Below, in pieces: positions 23,550 through 36,602 of a stretch of 64,000 nt of DNA. The stretch's first letter is position 1; every line of letters begins with the position of its first letter. The notes below the pieces were generated by a model. That model ran no database searches. It saw nothing but the letters and a program-made list of their open reading frames with translations, and was not told the DNA's origin. Made by a program: the position numbers and the translations under genes. The stretch lies in NCBI RefSeq assembly GCF_009914755.1, contig NC_060932.1, one strand, 5' to 3'. This DNA is from the human T2T-CHM13v2.0 reference genome, Homo sapiens.

Positions 23550-25844
23550 GGCAAGCCTAGTTTCCAAGCCAAAATCTTGGCATTATCTTATCCCCGTTTT
23601 TGGTTTATTCCCTGCTTTATTAGACTTTGTAGATGTTTGGCTATCTTACTGGTCTTAGTTTATCTCAGTGTTCTATTTTGTAATCTATTCATTGCTACTT
23701 TTTGTTTTGATTGGCTACTTCTGTTTTCTGTGTTTAATACTTGGTAAAGCTTCCCAAAAATATAAAAATATATATGTGTATTTGTGTATGTGATTTTAAG
23801 TAGAGTATTGAGAGATTCCTCTAGCCTAGTGGTAATTAAATGCTGGTCTGTAAACTGATCCCATTGGCAACATAACAACATTTAGTGTAAGATAGTGAGA
23901 TTTTCATAAAGCAAATTTAATCAATTTAAGAAACTTATGTATATGTCATCCTCTTTCAACAGAAGGGTTTAAAGTGTCCTTACTTTTATGAATTTATGGT
24001 GGCAGTAGTTGAGAGTGAATAAAAAAAAATGTCCTCACTTGACAAAATTAAGAGTTGGTAACTGTATTTCTTACAAATCTCTTTCTGTTTTAAAGTCTGT
24101 GAACCAGTAATCTATTTCCAGCCATGTAGCCAGTTTAAGGATCTCTTGTATAACATCTCCAACGATCTTTATTTAGCCTCTCATTTGAACTTCTTTAACA
24201 ATATATCTAAGCAATAAGTTGAAGTAGTGATGGATAAAGAAGAGTATAGTGGCAAGAAAGTGGCATCAGGGAGACATCTTTGGCACAGTGGGCACATGTT
24301 AGCACCTTAGATCAGCCTCAGGGGTAGTGCTTGCACACTTGAGATTTGTTAACAGAAAGTGGAACTCCTAATTTAAATGTGTATATGAGATTGTACAAAA
24401 GCAAACCACTACCCTTTACTGAGCTCTTACTGTGTGCCAGGCAGTGTGCTAAATGCTTTAAATATGTGGCTTACTTATGCCTCAAGGAAAGCAGGGGTTG
24501 CTATTTTCATCCCTATTTTTTAGAGAATGAAAATGAGACTTGAAGAGGTCGAGAATGAATAACTTGCTTAAGCTACATAGCCAGTAAGTGACTCTAGAAG
24601 GCAGGTTAGACAATCCAAAGGCTAGTCACATAGCTAGTAAGTGATTCTAGAAGGTAGGCTTTGAGAATCCCAAGCCCTTTAAATCAAACCTTCCATTTCC
24701 ATATTTAAAAAGAAAACTAACCAAGAGAAACCCAGTACCCTTCTTTATTACAGGACAGAATTTCCATAGCAGTTTTCAAGTACATGAAGCATCTGATCAT
24801 GTTTGAAACTTTTACCCCAAGTCTCAGACCACATTTTAAATCACAAAATAAGCTTGCCAAAACAAATCAAGTAAGTGCATTGGTTTCTGCCATAACCTGT
24901 GTTTATGAACTCCTGTTTTTTATGCATTTTTCCAACTTCCAAAATTTTTAATTTGTCATGGGCCCTTGTCATATTAAGAATTAGCCAGATTATTTTGTAT
25001 TATAAAGTGTTAATAAATGAAACAACCCTTCTCTGTTAATAAAATTAATGATTGTTTCAACTTTAGGGTCCTTGAGTTCCTAGGATGCTATATATTTTAG
25101 CATTCTTACAGCACTTTATACTTCCAGAATAGTTTGTAATCATTAGTTAGCTGTTTCCCACACAATCTCTGTGGAATAGATTGGCATTCTTTCTTGTTGT
25201 TTTACTGATGAGAAGAGAGATAGATACAGGCAATTTGACTGACTTTCTAAATTTACACAATAAGTCAGTAACCGTCTGGATTAACATTCAACTTTAGATT
25301 CCTAGTTTTTTGCTGAGTTCACAGGCTGATGCTGTCTCAAAAAGCTGGTGATTTTTTCGATTTGCCTGCCAAATGGATTGATTTCAGGTTGCTGGGAAAG
25401 CTCTAGATTCTGACATTCCATGAGGCTAGCCTATACGGCACAGAGATCAGCAACCCTTTCATTTTCAGCTGGTGTCCATAAGGAGTGTGTTTAAGATGCA
25501 GGTGAAAACTGAAAAGTTTGAAAGAGCAAACTCCATCTCTTTTTCTGAATCTGTCTTTCCTAGATTCTCAGTGTCTTAATAAACCTAGACCTGTGTCACA
25601 GCTGTACCCTGCTAAATATTACACAACTCTCCTCTCTCCACATCCTAAATTGTGGCTTATCTAATGTTCCTACAAAGAGACCAGATTCTAGTCACAGTCT
25701 TCCCCAGGTTATACCTATCACTTTATCTCCATCACCTGGAATAGTACAGAAGCCATCCCTGCCTCCAGTCTTATTCCCTTAAACCGTTCTTTTATGCTAC
25801 TAAAGTGAACTGCCACAAATGCAAATCTGACTACCACTTTCCTG

Positions 25845-26690
25845 TATCGTTTATGTTTTTGATTTTTATTTTTTGTATATTCTGATGTTTTGACATCTTA
25901 AAAAACCTTTCTGGCTGAGGAGGGGGTGCTCCTACTGGGGTTAGTTGGTTCTTAGAGATAGCAAAGGGCAGGTGCAGCCAGGAGCATGGGTTTGATATGC
26001 AAACTAACCAGTCCTAAGCCAGACCTCCTCTGTCTGACCCATACACCCCAGGAGACAATATTCCTTTGCTTTAATCATCCTAGGGCCAGGTACTCTGGAA
26101 CCACCTCTAAATCCCAAAACCCACCAGAATTATTCACACTAGCCAGTCCTAAACTGTTTACCCTTTCCTGCTTTGTATTTTCCACAAGAACTCCAATAAA
26201 GGCTCTGGCCTAGACTTTCTTTTTTTTTTTTTTTTTTTTGAGACAGAGTCTTGCTCTGTCGCCTAGGCTGGAGTGCAGTGGTGCAATCTCGGCTCACTGC
26301 AAGCTCCCGGGTTCACGCCATTCTCCTGCCTCAGCCTCCTGAGTAGCTGGGACTATGGGCGTCTGCCATCATGTCCAGCTAATTTTTTTGTATTTTTAGT
26401 AGAGGCGGGGTTTCACCGTGCTAGCCAAGATGGTCTCGATCTCCTGACCTCGTGATCTGCCCGCCTTGGCCTCCCAAAGTGCCGGGATTACAGGTGTGAG
26501 CCACCGCGCCTAGCCCTCTGGCCTAGACTTTCTACCCTTGCTACTCTCTTCTACCTCCTGACAGTCCCCAGTCCTTTCCCACGTGGCCCTGCCTTCTGTT
26601 TCTAGGGATTCGAGTATAAATTTCCTTCATAACAATCACTTCTTAATCACTTGATTAAAACAAATTCTGGGTATATTTTAATATACTTTC
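25845..26690 (+). mobile_element. Probable ERV1-class solo LTR interrupted by an Alu; family uncertain
   Basis: LTR-like composition with octamer-like ATGCAAAC and AATAAA at 26195-26200; boundaries approximate. Confidence 0.45.
26221..26515 (-). mobile_element. AluY-like SINE
   Basis: Perfect 18-bp TSD ctctggcctagactttct (26203-26220 / 26516-26533); 'gggttcacgccattctcc'. Confidence 0.95.
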
Positions 26691-28014
26691 TAACCTAATC
26701 CTTATGATGGCTTCCTATTCCCATAGGATGAAGTCTCCTTATTACGGCATTTAAAAGAGGTCTTTCTTGACAGGTCCTATTTACTCCGCCAGTGTCACCT
26801 CCCATCACTCCTTTCTTTAGATATATGCACTAGAATCAATTATTTATACTCCCCATGGTCCTGTGTATTTCATGTCCCTGAACCTTTTCTTCATGCTTTT
26901 ATTTAAATGCTTTTCCACTTCACATTTATTTCATCATCTGGTTAGCTCTTTTTAATCCGTTATGACTGGACCCAGCAGTCAACAGCAGGAAATTTTCCTT
27001 GAACCAACAGATCAGACTCTTTGCCACTTTGTGTACTGTCACTTCTGCTAGATCTTCTCCTTTGGCTTCTCTGGATTTTAGGGAAGGCATAACACTGGGC
27101 ACAAAAGTAACAACCATATATAGAGGGCTTAACCAGCTCCCATAGTTATATAAGGTCAAATTCCTGTAATAAAACCCATGTTCTATACAATTCCTAATGG
27201 TTTGTATTGTTATTATTTTTTATTAAATCTTGATATACAATTTGCTGCTACTAAGCCATGTAGTAGGAGCTTTGGGACTGAGCTTGAGTGTAAGTTAGAA
27301 GGGCCTTGAAGAGACTGTTAACAGGAGCCTAATGTCACTTCAGGAAGCTATTGGTGAAGGTTTAAACAAGGTGAGAGATATTATTGGAAGCTGGAAGAAA
27401 GGTGACTCTTGTGACATAGTAGCAGAAATTTTAGCAATGCTGGAAATTTATTTTCCATGAAACAGTGGAAAATAAGTATAGCTCAACTGGATGATCTCAC
27501 TAAAGAGATTTCTAGGCAATGTCAAAGGTGCTATCTGGATTCTTCTAGCCCCTATAGCAAAAGACAAAAGGAGAAAGGCAAGCAAGATAAAAAATTGTTC
27601 GATATAAAGGAGCCACAACTTTTTGGGTTTGAAAAATACTTTTTTTCATTCCTAACCTCTCCAGACAGTGAATGATGCCAAAATTAAGCAATCTGTTCCA
27701 GACAGAGCCAATCCAGGGAACTCTCAGCAAAATGATGAAGATGAAAAGGCATGGCTATAAAAGGCTTTGTTAAGAACAGGAAGGTTAAATACACTGTGTT
27801 ACCAACAAACAATAGGGCCCCTAAAAATCTTAATGTCTCACGGCAGTTTCACATGGGAACCCAAGATAGAGGTGGGCCATCTGAAAGAGATTTGTGGGTG
27901 TGGTTTGTGTCTGATGGAGTGAATTATAAACTGTTTTAAAAGAAACCCATGAAATTTTTAAAGGATTTGCATCAGGTTGGATTGAGAAGGACGATAAAAC
28001 GAAAAGATAAACCT

Positions 28015-29065
28015 TCATGCACTGTTAGTAGGAGTATAAAATGGTGCAGCCACTATGGAAAAGTCTGACAGTGCCTCAAAAGACTAAACATAAAGGTACC
28101 GTATGACCCAACAATTCCACCCCTAAGTATATACCCAAGAGAATGAAAACATGTCCACATAAAAAATTGTACACAGATGGTGTTTGTAGCAGCATTATTT
28201 GTAATAACCAAAAAGTAGAAACAATGCAAATGCCCATCAGCTGATGAGTGGAAATGTAAACTCTGATGTATTCATACAATGGAATATTATTTGACAATAA
28301 AAATAAGTGGAGTGCCAGTACATGCTATAACATGGATAAGCCTTTGTATTAGTCTGTTTTGGCAGTTCTTTAAAGAAATACCTGAGACTGGGTAATTTAT
28401 AAATAAAAGAGGTTTAATTGGCTCAGAGTTCTGCAGGTTGTAAAGTAAGTGTAGCAGCTTCTGGTTCTGCGGAGGCCTCAGAAAGCTTCCAGTCATGGTG
28501 CAAGGCAAAAGAGGAGCAAGGCACATTTCACATGGCTGGAGCAGGAGGGAGTGGGGGGAGGTGCCACCACTTTTAAACAAACAGATTTCACAATAACTCA
28601 CTATCATGAGGACAGTACCACGAGGGAAATCTGCCCCCATGATCCAATCACCTCTCAACAGGTCCCACCTCCAACACTGGGGATTACAATTTGATATGAG
28701 ATTTGGGTGGGGACACATATCCAAAGCATCTCAGCCTTGAAAACATGCTAAGTAAAGTAAGCCAGTCACAGAAGTCCACATGTTATATAAATTCATCTAT
28801 ATAAAATCCCCAGAATAGGCAACTCTATACAGATAAAAAGTAGATTTGTAGTGGCCTAGGGTTGGGGTGGATGGGAGGAAAGGAAAGTGATTGTTAAAGG
28901 CTTCAGGCTTTCTTTTGGGGATGATGAAAATATTCGAAAATGGATTATGGTGGTAGTTACACAAGTTGGTGAATATCCTAAGGACCATCGACTTGTATAC
29001 TTTAAATGATTGAATTAATGGTATGTGAATTCTATCTCAATAAAGCTGTTATCAAAAAAGAATTA
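28015..29065 (+). mobile_element. L1M (L1MB-like) 3' end
   Basis: 'aaaatggtgcagccactatggaaa', 'atgacccaacaattccac', and terminal 'tatctcaataaagctgtt' plus an A-rich tail. Confidence 0.85.
28345..28733 (-). mobile_element. MST-family (MaLR) solo LTR inserted in the L1
   Basis: TG...CA termini with perfect 5-bp TSD GCCTT (28340-28344 / 28734-28738); 'tacctgagactgggtaatttataaa'. Confidence 0.92.
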
Positions 29066-29209
29066 AAATGAGAGGCCCTTGGCACCTTGAACTTCTATGG
29101 ACAGGAAGCAGACTGAGGAAACTACTTGGCAAACATGGGCTACATTTTATGGAAAAGGAAAGAAATTCAAGAGGATGGAATCAAGAGCCCAAACGGGAAC
29201 CAAAAGCTA

Positions 29210-29638
<429 letters not shown>

Positions 29639-30356
29639 CTAACTATTGCCTGCCCTTTGTTTTACCTATGTTGTATTCTAGGTATGTGTGGACAGATAAC
29701 TTGTCTCTTTAGTTGATAGGTCTTCAGGTCAGGATGAACTGCACTCAAGCTGAACTCAAGGAACTGCCTCAGAGGAGCTTCATCTACCTTTGTACCTAAC
29801 TTTGATGATAAGATCTTTGAACCTGAGGTTCTAAATAGATGAAACTTTTGGGGAAAGGGGCTTTCCAGGAAGAGTGCCTCTGTTTTGCATATGGGAGGAA
29901 TGTAAACAGCTCATGGCTACAGGGTGGATTGTGGTGGGTTTTAAAACATGTCCACAAATTTTTGGTCACTTGCCTTCAAGAGGCAGAGTCTAATTTGTCT
30001 TCCTTTGAATATGAGCTCGTTTCTGTCACTTGGTTCTAATGAATAAAATGTGGTAGAGGTGATTCTGTATGACTTCTGAAGCAAGGTCATGAAAGTAATA
30101 CAGCTTCCACTCCACTTTCTCTCTTGGGATGCTCAACCTTCAAACCAAGCCACCATGTTGGGAGGGAGTCCAAGCTACATTGGAGAGGCTACATGTAGAG
30201 GCTGACCACCCTGAGGCCCTAGCCAACAAGAAGTATCTACCACCAGATGTGGATTAGTGAACCTTTAGATGGTTTCTGCTGCAGACTTTGAGCTGCTATA
30301 GCTGTCACTAAGAGAACTATAGGCAAGCCCTGCCCAGATTAAGATTTGTCAATAAA

Positions 30357-30680
<324 letters not shown>

Positions 30681-31259
30681 TTAAGATGTGTGGTGGTTTG
30701 TTTCCCAGTGATAGATAACTGGAATAGACAGTATGAATAGGATTGATTATATATTGGAAGTAAGGGAGAAGAAAGACTCAAGAATGTTAACCAGGTTTTC
30801 TAGGTTCAGCAGATTAACAGAAAGCAGTGTCAGATTGTATTGGTTTGTTTACCTACTTAAAGCAGTAACAAATTTCCAGGGTTTGGACAGTGTCATCTGG
30901 GATGCTAGCCACCCGATATTTACTTAAGAGGTGGTGATTGTCATGGATTTTTTTTTTTTAAACAAAGCCTTGTGATCAGTTTGTTTTGATAGTAACAGCT
31001 TTATTATTCTTAGGAAACAAATAATATCAAAGTAAAGAAGACGAAGCATAGGTTTGGAAGAGGGAAGGCAAACAGCAGTGATTAAGAAGCTGAAAAATTA
31101 TCTTTCTAGCAACTGAAAGTCACTATTAGCATCTCTTGATTTACTGTTATGATATTGATATTCATTATAATCCCTTTAAAAATTTAATGATCCTTTTTTA
31201 GAATTCTGGCACTTGATTTTACTCTCTTACTGGAAGAGGTCTTGTCTCTAATAGCATTC

Positions 31260-31530
31260 TCTCAGTGAGGCCTTTCCTGGTCATCCTATTTAAAATTGTA
31301 AACTTCTCATTTCCCACACTCCCTATTTCTCTTTTCTGCTTAGATTTTCCCCCTTGGCATCAAATCACCATCTAACATAATAGATTTACTTATCTGATTG
31401 CTTTTCTTCCCCTACTAGAATGGAATTTCCTTGAGAACAGAAATTTTTATCTTTTTCATTCACTCCTGCAACAGTGTTGACTATGTAGTAGGTGGTCAGT
31501 AAATATTTGTTGAATAAATAAATAAAGTGA
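31260..31530 (+). mobile_element. L2 3' end
   Basis: 'ctcagtgaggcctttcctgg...gtaggtggtcagtaaatatttgttgaataaataaa'. Confidence 0.7.
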
Positions 31531-31814
31531 TTTCTGAATGCCAAAGGAAGGATTGATTTCTGTTCAGATCACTTTCAGTGCAGAATGTATTTTATAATGT
31601 TCAAGTTTTTGGAAACCCACATCTAAGTGTGTCACATACATGTGTAATCCTAATGCCTCTAAGACTCATCCTATCTGGGTGCTAGTGGGCTTGTGATAAT
31701 AATCAAATGTTACTGGCCACAACTCCCCTCCCTCTCCTTTTTGTCACCGTTTAAATCTTTTATTTGGAAATTTTTAAACATATGCAAAAATAACAAGACT
31801 AATATAATGAATGC

Positions 31815-32231
31815 TGATATGGTTTGGATTTGTGTTCCCTCCAAAATCTCATGTTCAATTATAATCCCCAGTGTTGGAGACTGGGCCTGGTGGGAGGTGA
31901 TTAGATCCTGGGGGTGGAGTTCTCATGAATGCATTAGCATCCTCTCAGTGCTGTTTTCCTGCTAGTGAGTGAGTGAGTTATCCTGAGATCTAGTTGTTTA
32001 TGTGTGTAGCACCTCCTTCCTATCTTCCTCCAGCTCTGGCCATGTGAAGTGCTGGCTCTCCCTTTGCCTTCCACCATTATTGTAGGCTTCCTTAGGGCTC
32101 CCCAGAAGCTGAGCAGATGCCAGCACCATGCTTCCTGTATAGCCTGCAGAACTGTGAGCCAATTAACCCTCTTTTCTTTATAAATTACCTAGTCTCAGGT
32201 ATTTATAGCAGTGCGAGAATGGACAAATACA
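31815..32231 (+). mobile_element. MSTB-like MaLR solo LTR, nested in an old antisense L1 (about 31760-33420)
   Basis: 'tgatatggtttggatttgtgttccctccaaaatctcatgtt'...'agcctgcagaactgtgagccaattaa'...'ggacaaataca'. Confidence 0.88.
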
Positions 32232-33586
32232 AACCCCTATGTGTCTATTACTCAGCATTAATAATTATCAACATTTTGTCAATCTTGTTTGATCAGTTTC
32301 TTCCACCCACTTTCCCCCCTAGATTATTTTTAAAAAAACTCAAGATATCATTTTATTTCACTTGAAAATTTCAGTATGCATTTCTGAATGTTAAGCACAT
32401 TTAAAATAAATACTACCACCATACCATTTTCACATGTAACAGAATTAATTTCTCTCATCTAATAGCCGATGAACAAATTTCCCTGAGATGTTTGTATTCA
32501 ACTGAGGATTCAAATACAGTCCAGACATTGCATTTAGCTGTTATTTGCCCTAAGTTTCACTTACATCGTAACAGTTTTCCCTCCTTTTTATTAATGTCTT
32601 TCATTTGTTGGTGAAACCTTGTGACATTGGACCAGGGACCAGTCCTGTAGAATCTTCCATGTTATAGATTTGACTGTTTCCCTATAATGAACTTAACTTA
32701 TTCTCTAGTTCTGTTTTTTTGTAAATGGTAGTTAGATCTTGAAGCCATGATTAGATTCAGATTTAATTTTTGGACAGGAACATTTCATAGGTGGTGCTGC
32801 TGTGTACTTTTTAATTCATTACTTCATAAGGCTTATAATGTGATTGTCTCAATTTTATTGATGCTAAAATGATTAGTGGGTTATTAACCTGATCACTTGA
32901 TTATAAAGTTCCTCATCAACCTTTCATCTAATACTTTCAGTCTCCAATTATGATTTTTGCATAGCTCCATTATTTTATTAGAATTTGCAAAAATTGTGAT
33001 TATTCTAGTTATTTTGTCTTTCTCATTTATTAGTTTCAATTCTTGTGAATAAGAACTTTATTAACTATTAAGTTATATTTAAGTGCAGTTTGTACTGGAA
33101 AAGCAGAATAAATGCTTATATTTTTTCCTTTATCAATTTTCAGACTGAGTTGGTGCGCTAGTAATTCCCAGGGTGAGTAATGTTTCTTTTTAAAAAATGC
33201 CATTATGAACTCAGATTTTAATGTGTTTTGATATGTTTCAGTCTATTCTAGATTATTTCTTTCTGATCCTTAATATTTTCCATCTTAGACTAGTGGGAGC
33301 TCCTAGAAGTTCACTTCTGTGTCCTCATTAATCTCTGATAGCTTTAATATCGCAGGCATAAGCTATTTTAGGCTTACATTATACATTTCCTGCCCCAAAC
33401 CTGGACCATCTACTTTCCTTTCGTATCTTTCACATAGGAAAATAATCTAATGCTTCCCCCCTTCAACATGGTGGATCTCAGAATGTTCTTGTTTCTATGA
33501 CACACCAATTCTGTAATTAGAGGTTCTAAAGCTGTATAATAAAGAACTCTAATGGTTACCTTGTTTTCTACTTCTTTTCCAAGATC

Positions 33587-33769
33587 ATGACTGAGAGATT
33601 GTTAATAAAAGCATTGAGTGGTGGTAAAAATACGAAGATCATTACTTTGAATGGGAAGAAGATGACAAAGATGCCCTCAGCATTAGGAAAACTGCCTGGC
33701 CTGAAGACTCTAGTCCTTCAGAATAACCTAATCCCCAAAGTGTGTCCAGAGTTATGCAACTTGACCCAG
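33587..33769 (+). CDS. LRRC69: LRRC69 first coding exon (MTERLLIKALSGGKNTKIITLNGKKMTKMPSALGKLPGLKTLVLQNNLIPKVCPELCNLTQ)
   Basis: LxxLxLxxNxI leucine-rich repeats; donor CAG|GTGAGG; 183 nt, phase 0. Gene identity comes from recalled sequence and its known position next to OTUD6B. Confidence 0.9.
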
Positions 33770-36326
33770 GTGAGGAACAGTGTTTTGCTGTTGTGGTTTG
33801 GTATTGAAGATGGAAAACAGGAAGAGAGAAAAAAGGGGTAAGAGACAGAACAATAACACTTCGATCTATGGAGACTTAGGTATCTGGAGACTTAATGTGG
33901 AGTGTTGCTGGAGAGGCATCAGAAGGCTTTCTCCCTTAGGGAATTCCATGTGGTAGGGAGAGATGTTTCAATTTATTCATGTGCTCTTTGGCCCACATCT
34001 GGAGTCAGGGGACTAGGTCTCTGCCACACTCATCTTTTTAGAGGCTGTCATCTGGAAAGGGGTTGGAAACCTGGATCTGGTCGTCTATCTTGGGGGCTTA
34101 CATCTGGAAGTAGTTTTGAGGATCCAGGAGATGCTGTTCACCCTGGGGACTGTCCTGAAGCTTTTGCATTTAGAATGAAGAGACATTTAGGATGCAGCAA
34201 GGGAGTTCCTTTTCAATTTCCTAGGGCAGGCTGAAACTTTGAAATGGAGTGTTGGCAGGGAATAGGAAGGAGGGGACATTTATTTCTCCTGAAATAGTCT
34301 TTAAAGGAAGTTTAATATTTTAAATAAAAAATATTCTTTTTTAAAGAGGAATAGTTGACATGAATGAATCCCATATGCTTGTGTTAAACCTTTCTGCCTA
34401 ACAATGTGAAACTCTAGCTGCCAAAAATCTTGAGGTTGAGAGAAGGCAAGGGATATTAACTTTGTAATTTTCTTTTTGTTCACTGCTGAATTGTCATCAG
34501 CACAGGAAGAACCTAGAAGCAGCTAAGGCGTTATAGCTCATTAATTTTGAATTTACAGTTCCAAAAAATAAATCTGTATTTTCTTACTTTCACCCTACCT
34601 CATTTCCTTTTACGTTTAAGAAATTGAGTTTGTAATCTGTAGTTGTATCTTTATAAGAAATAGGGTAACTTTTACAAAGTCCCCCTTCATTAGTAATTGC
34701 AGAAGGTATACTTGTAGTTACAAGACAACAAGGACTTGGAATTTTTTAATAGGAAAGAGGAGTTTCTTTGCAAAAGAATTTGGGACTTGACTGAGTCATG
34801 AACCTATTCTCTCCCTCTATTTGAATTTATTTCCATTAAAGTAGTACTAACCATTGGTTACCGAGAATTAAATATTACAAAAAGCTTATAGCAAGAAGCT
34901 ATCTTCTATCCCACTTCCCCTCATCCTCAATCCCGATCTCCATATATAACCACTTTTAACTCATCTATTTTATTGATTTGTCTATTTTTGGCATCATTTT
35001 TCTTCATCTTCTAGATACAGTTATATTAATGTATCTATTGTGTATTGATCCACATCTGGAATCAGGGGATTAGGTCTACAGGTATCTTTTACATGTAATG
35101 TTACTACACCTTTATTTCTTCCTTCATCAACTGCAGTCTCTTTTGACTCCCCACTTCGTAAGATGACAGTGTCAGCCTTTGTAATCCACCTTCAGCTGTC
35201 CTTTCCTCTCCCCCCTCACAAACTCTGAAGTTTTTACTTTTATAACACTTACAGCTTTTATATCCTATTCAGTTATAACCATAATTAAATATTTGTTTTG
35301 TGTCTTGGGTAACTCTAAACTTCTAAAAATATATATTACTAATAAATAAATATTCACATGGAGTCAATTAATCTATGATTATATTTTCTTTCTTATATGC
35401 CATTTTTGTTCCCTTGGAGTTTCTAATAACCTTTCCTTTGTTCTTGTGCCTTAGTTTTATGGTAGCCTCATTTTATTTCAAACTGTATAATTTTTTTCTG
35501 TCAAATGTACTTTTCCTTGAGAGACTTCCCTCTAAGACCCTCCATCCTCTGCCCCACTCTATGTTGACTGCTATCTAGGTTTGCTAGATACTGTCAGCCA
35601 AGGACATTCCCTTTGTTGCTCTCTTAAATTGGACCCACTGTTTCCTGTATCCTGTATTTTCCTTTCTTGGCTTGCTCTCTTAGTTTTTCAGGAGTCTCGA
35701 GAAATCATCCTAGTCTGGGTATGTGGTAGTTAAATTGTTTGATCCCTTGCATATCTGAAAATTTCTGTATTCTTGTCTCACACTTGGTTAATAGTTGTTT
35801 AGTAAAAAGTTACACATTCCAAGATATATTTCCATAGGAAAAAGCCCCAAGAGTCTGATTATCATTACATTGTCTTCTTCTTGTGGCTCCCTTTGTTACT
35901 TGCCCTCTCATTCTTCTATTTAGGGGTAACCTACATGTTGACTTCTGTTTGTTCACTCTTAGTTCCTTCACCAGGGAGCTGTCTCAGCCCAGTGCTTACT
36001 TTTAAAGAAGAAATTACACCACTAAGAATTCAACTGATTTGCAACTAGGCTGCTTATAGTCTATTCTGTCTTTAAAGTACTTTAAAAGTCAGATTCAGGC
36101 CAATGGTATTATGTTTAGCTGTTCATGAACTAGTAGTTTTTCTTATATAGGGTCTTGGAGAAATTGTGGAATTTTGGAAAAAAAAACACAATTTTCCCTA
36201 TGTAATGGGAGTTCTAGAAGCATGCTAGATAAAATGTGCTAGAAACCCTCAAAGAATGGTTGTAGATTATCATAGAGTTCAGATATACAGCTCCATCCGT
36301 CTCACAGTTGGTAGTAAAGGGCAGAT

Positions 36327-36602
36327 GGCCCGGTGCAGTGGCTCACACCTGTAATCCCAGCAGTATGGGAGGCCAAGGTGGGCAGATTGATTGGGCTCAG
36401 TAGTTTGAAACTGGCCTGGGCAACATAGTGAGACCTCATCTCTACAAAAAAATAAAAATTAGCCAGGCACAGTGGCACGTGCCTCTGGTCCCAGAGGATT
36501 GCCTGAGCCCGGAATGTGGGAGGTTGCAGTGAGCTGAGATTGCACCACTGCACTCCAGCCTGGGCTGCAGAGTGATTCTGTCTCAAAAAAAAAAAAAAAA
36601 AA
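36327..36602 (+). mobile_element. Alu (AluJ-like, internal deletion)
   Basis: Alu body with A-tail; TSD approximately aaaggcagat. Confidence 0.88.
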
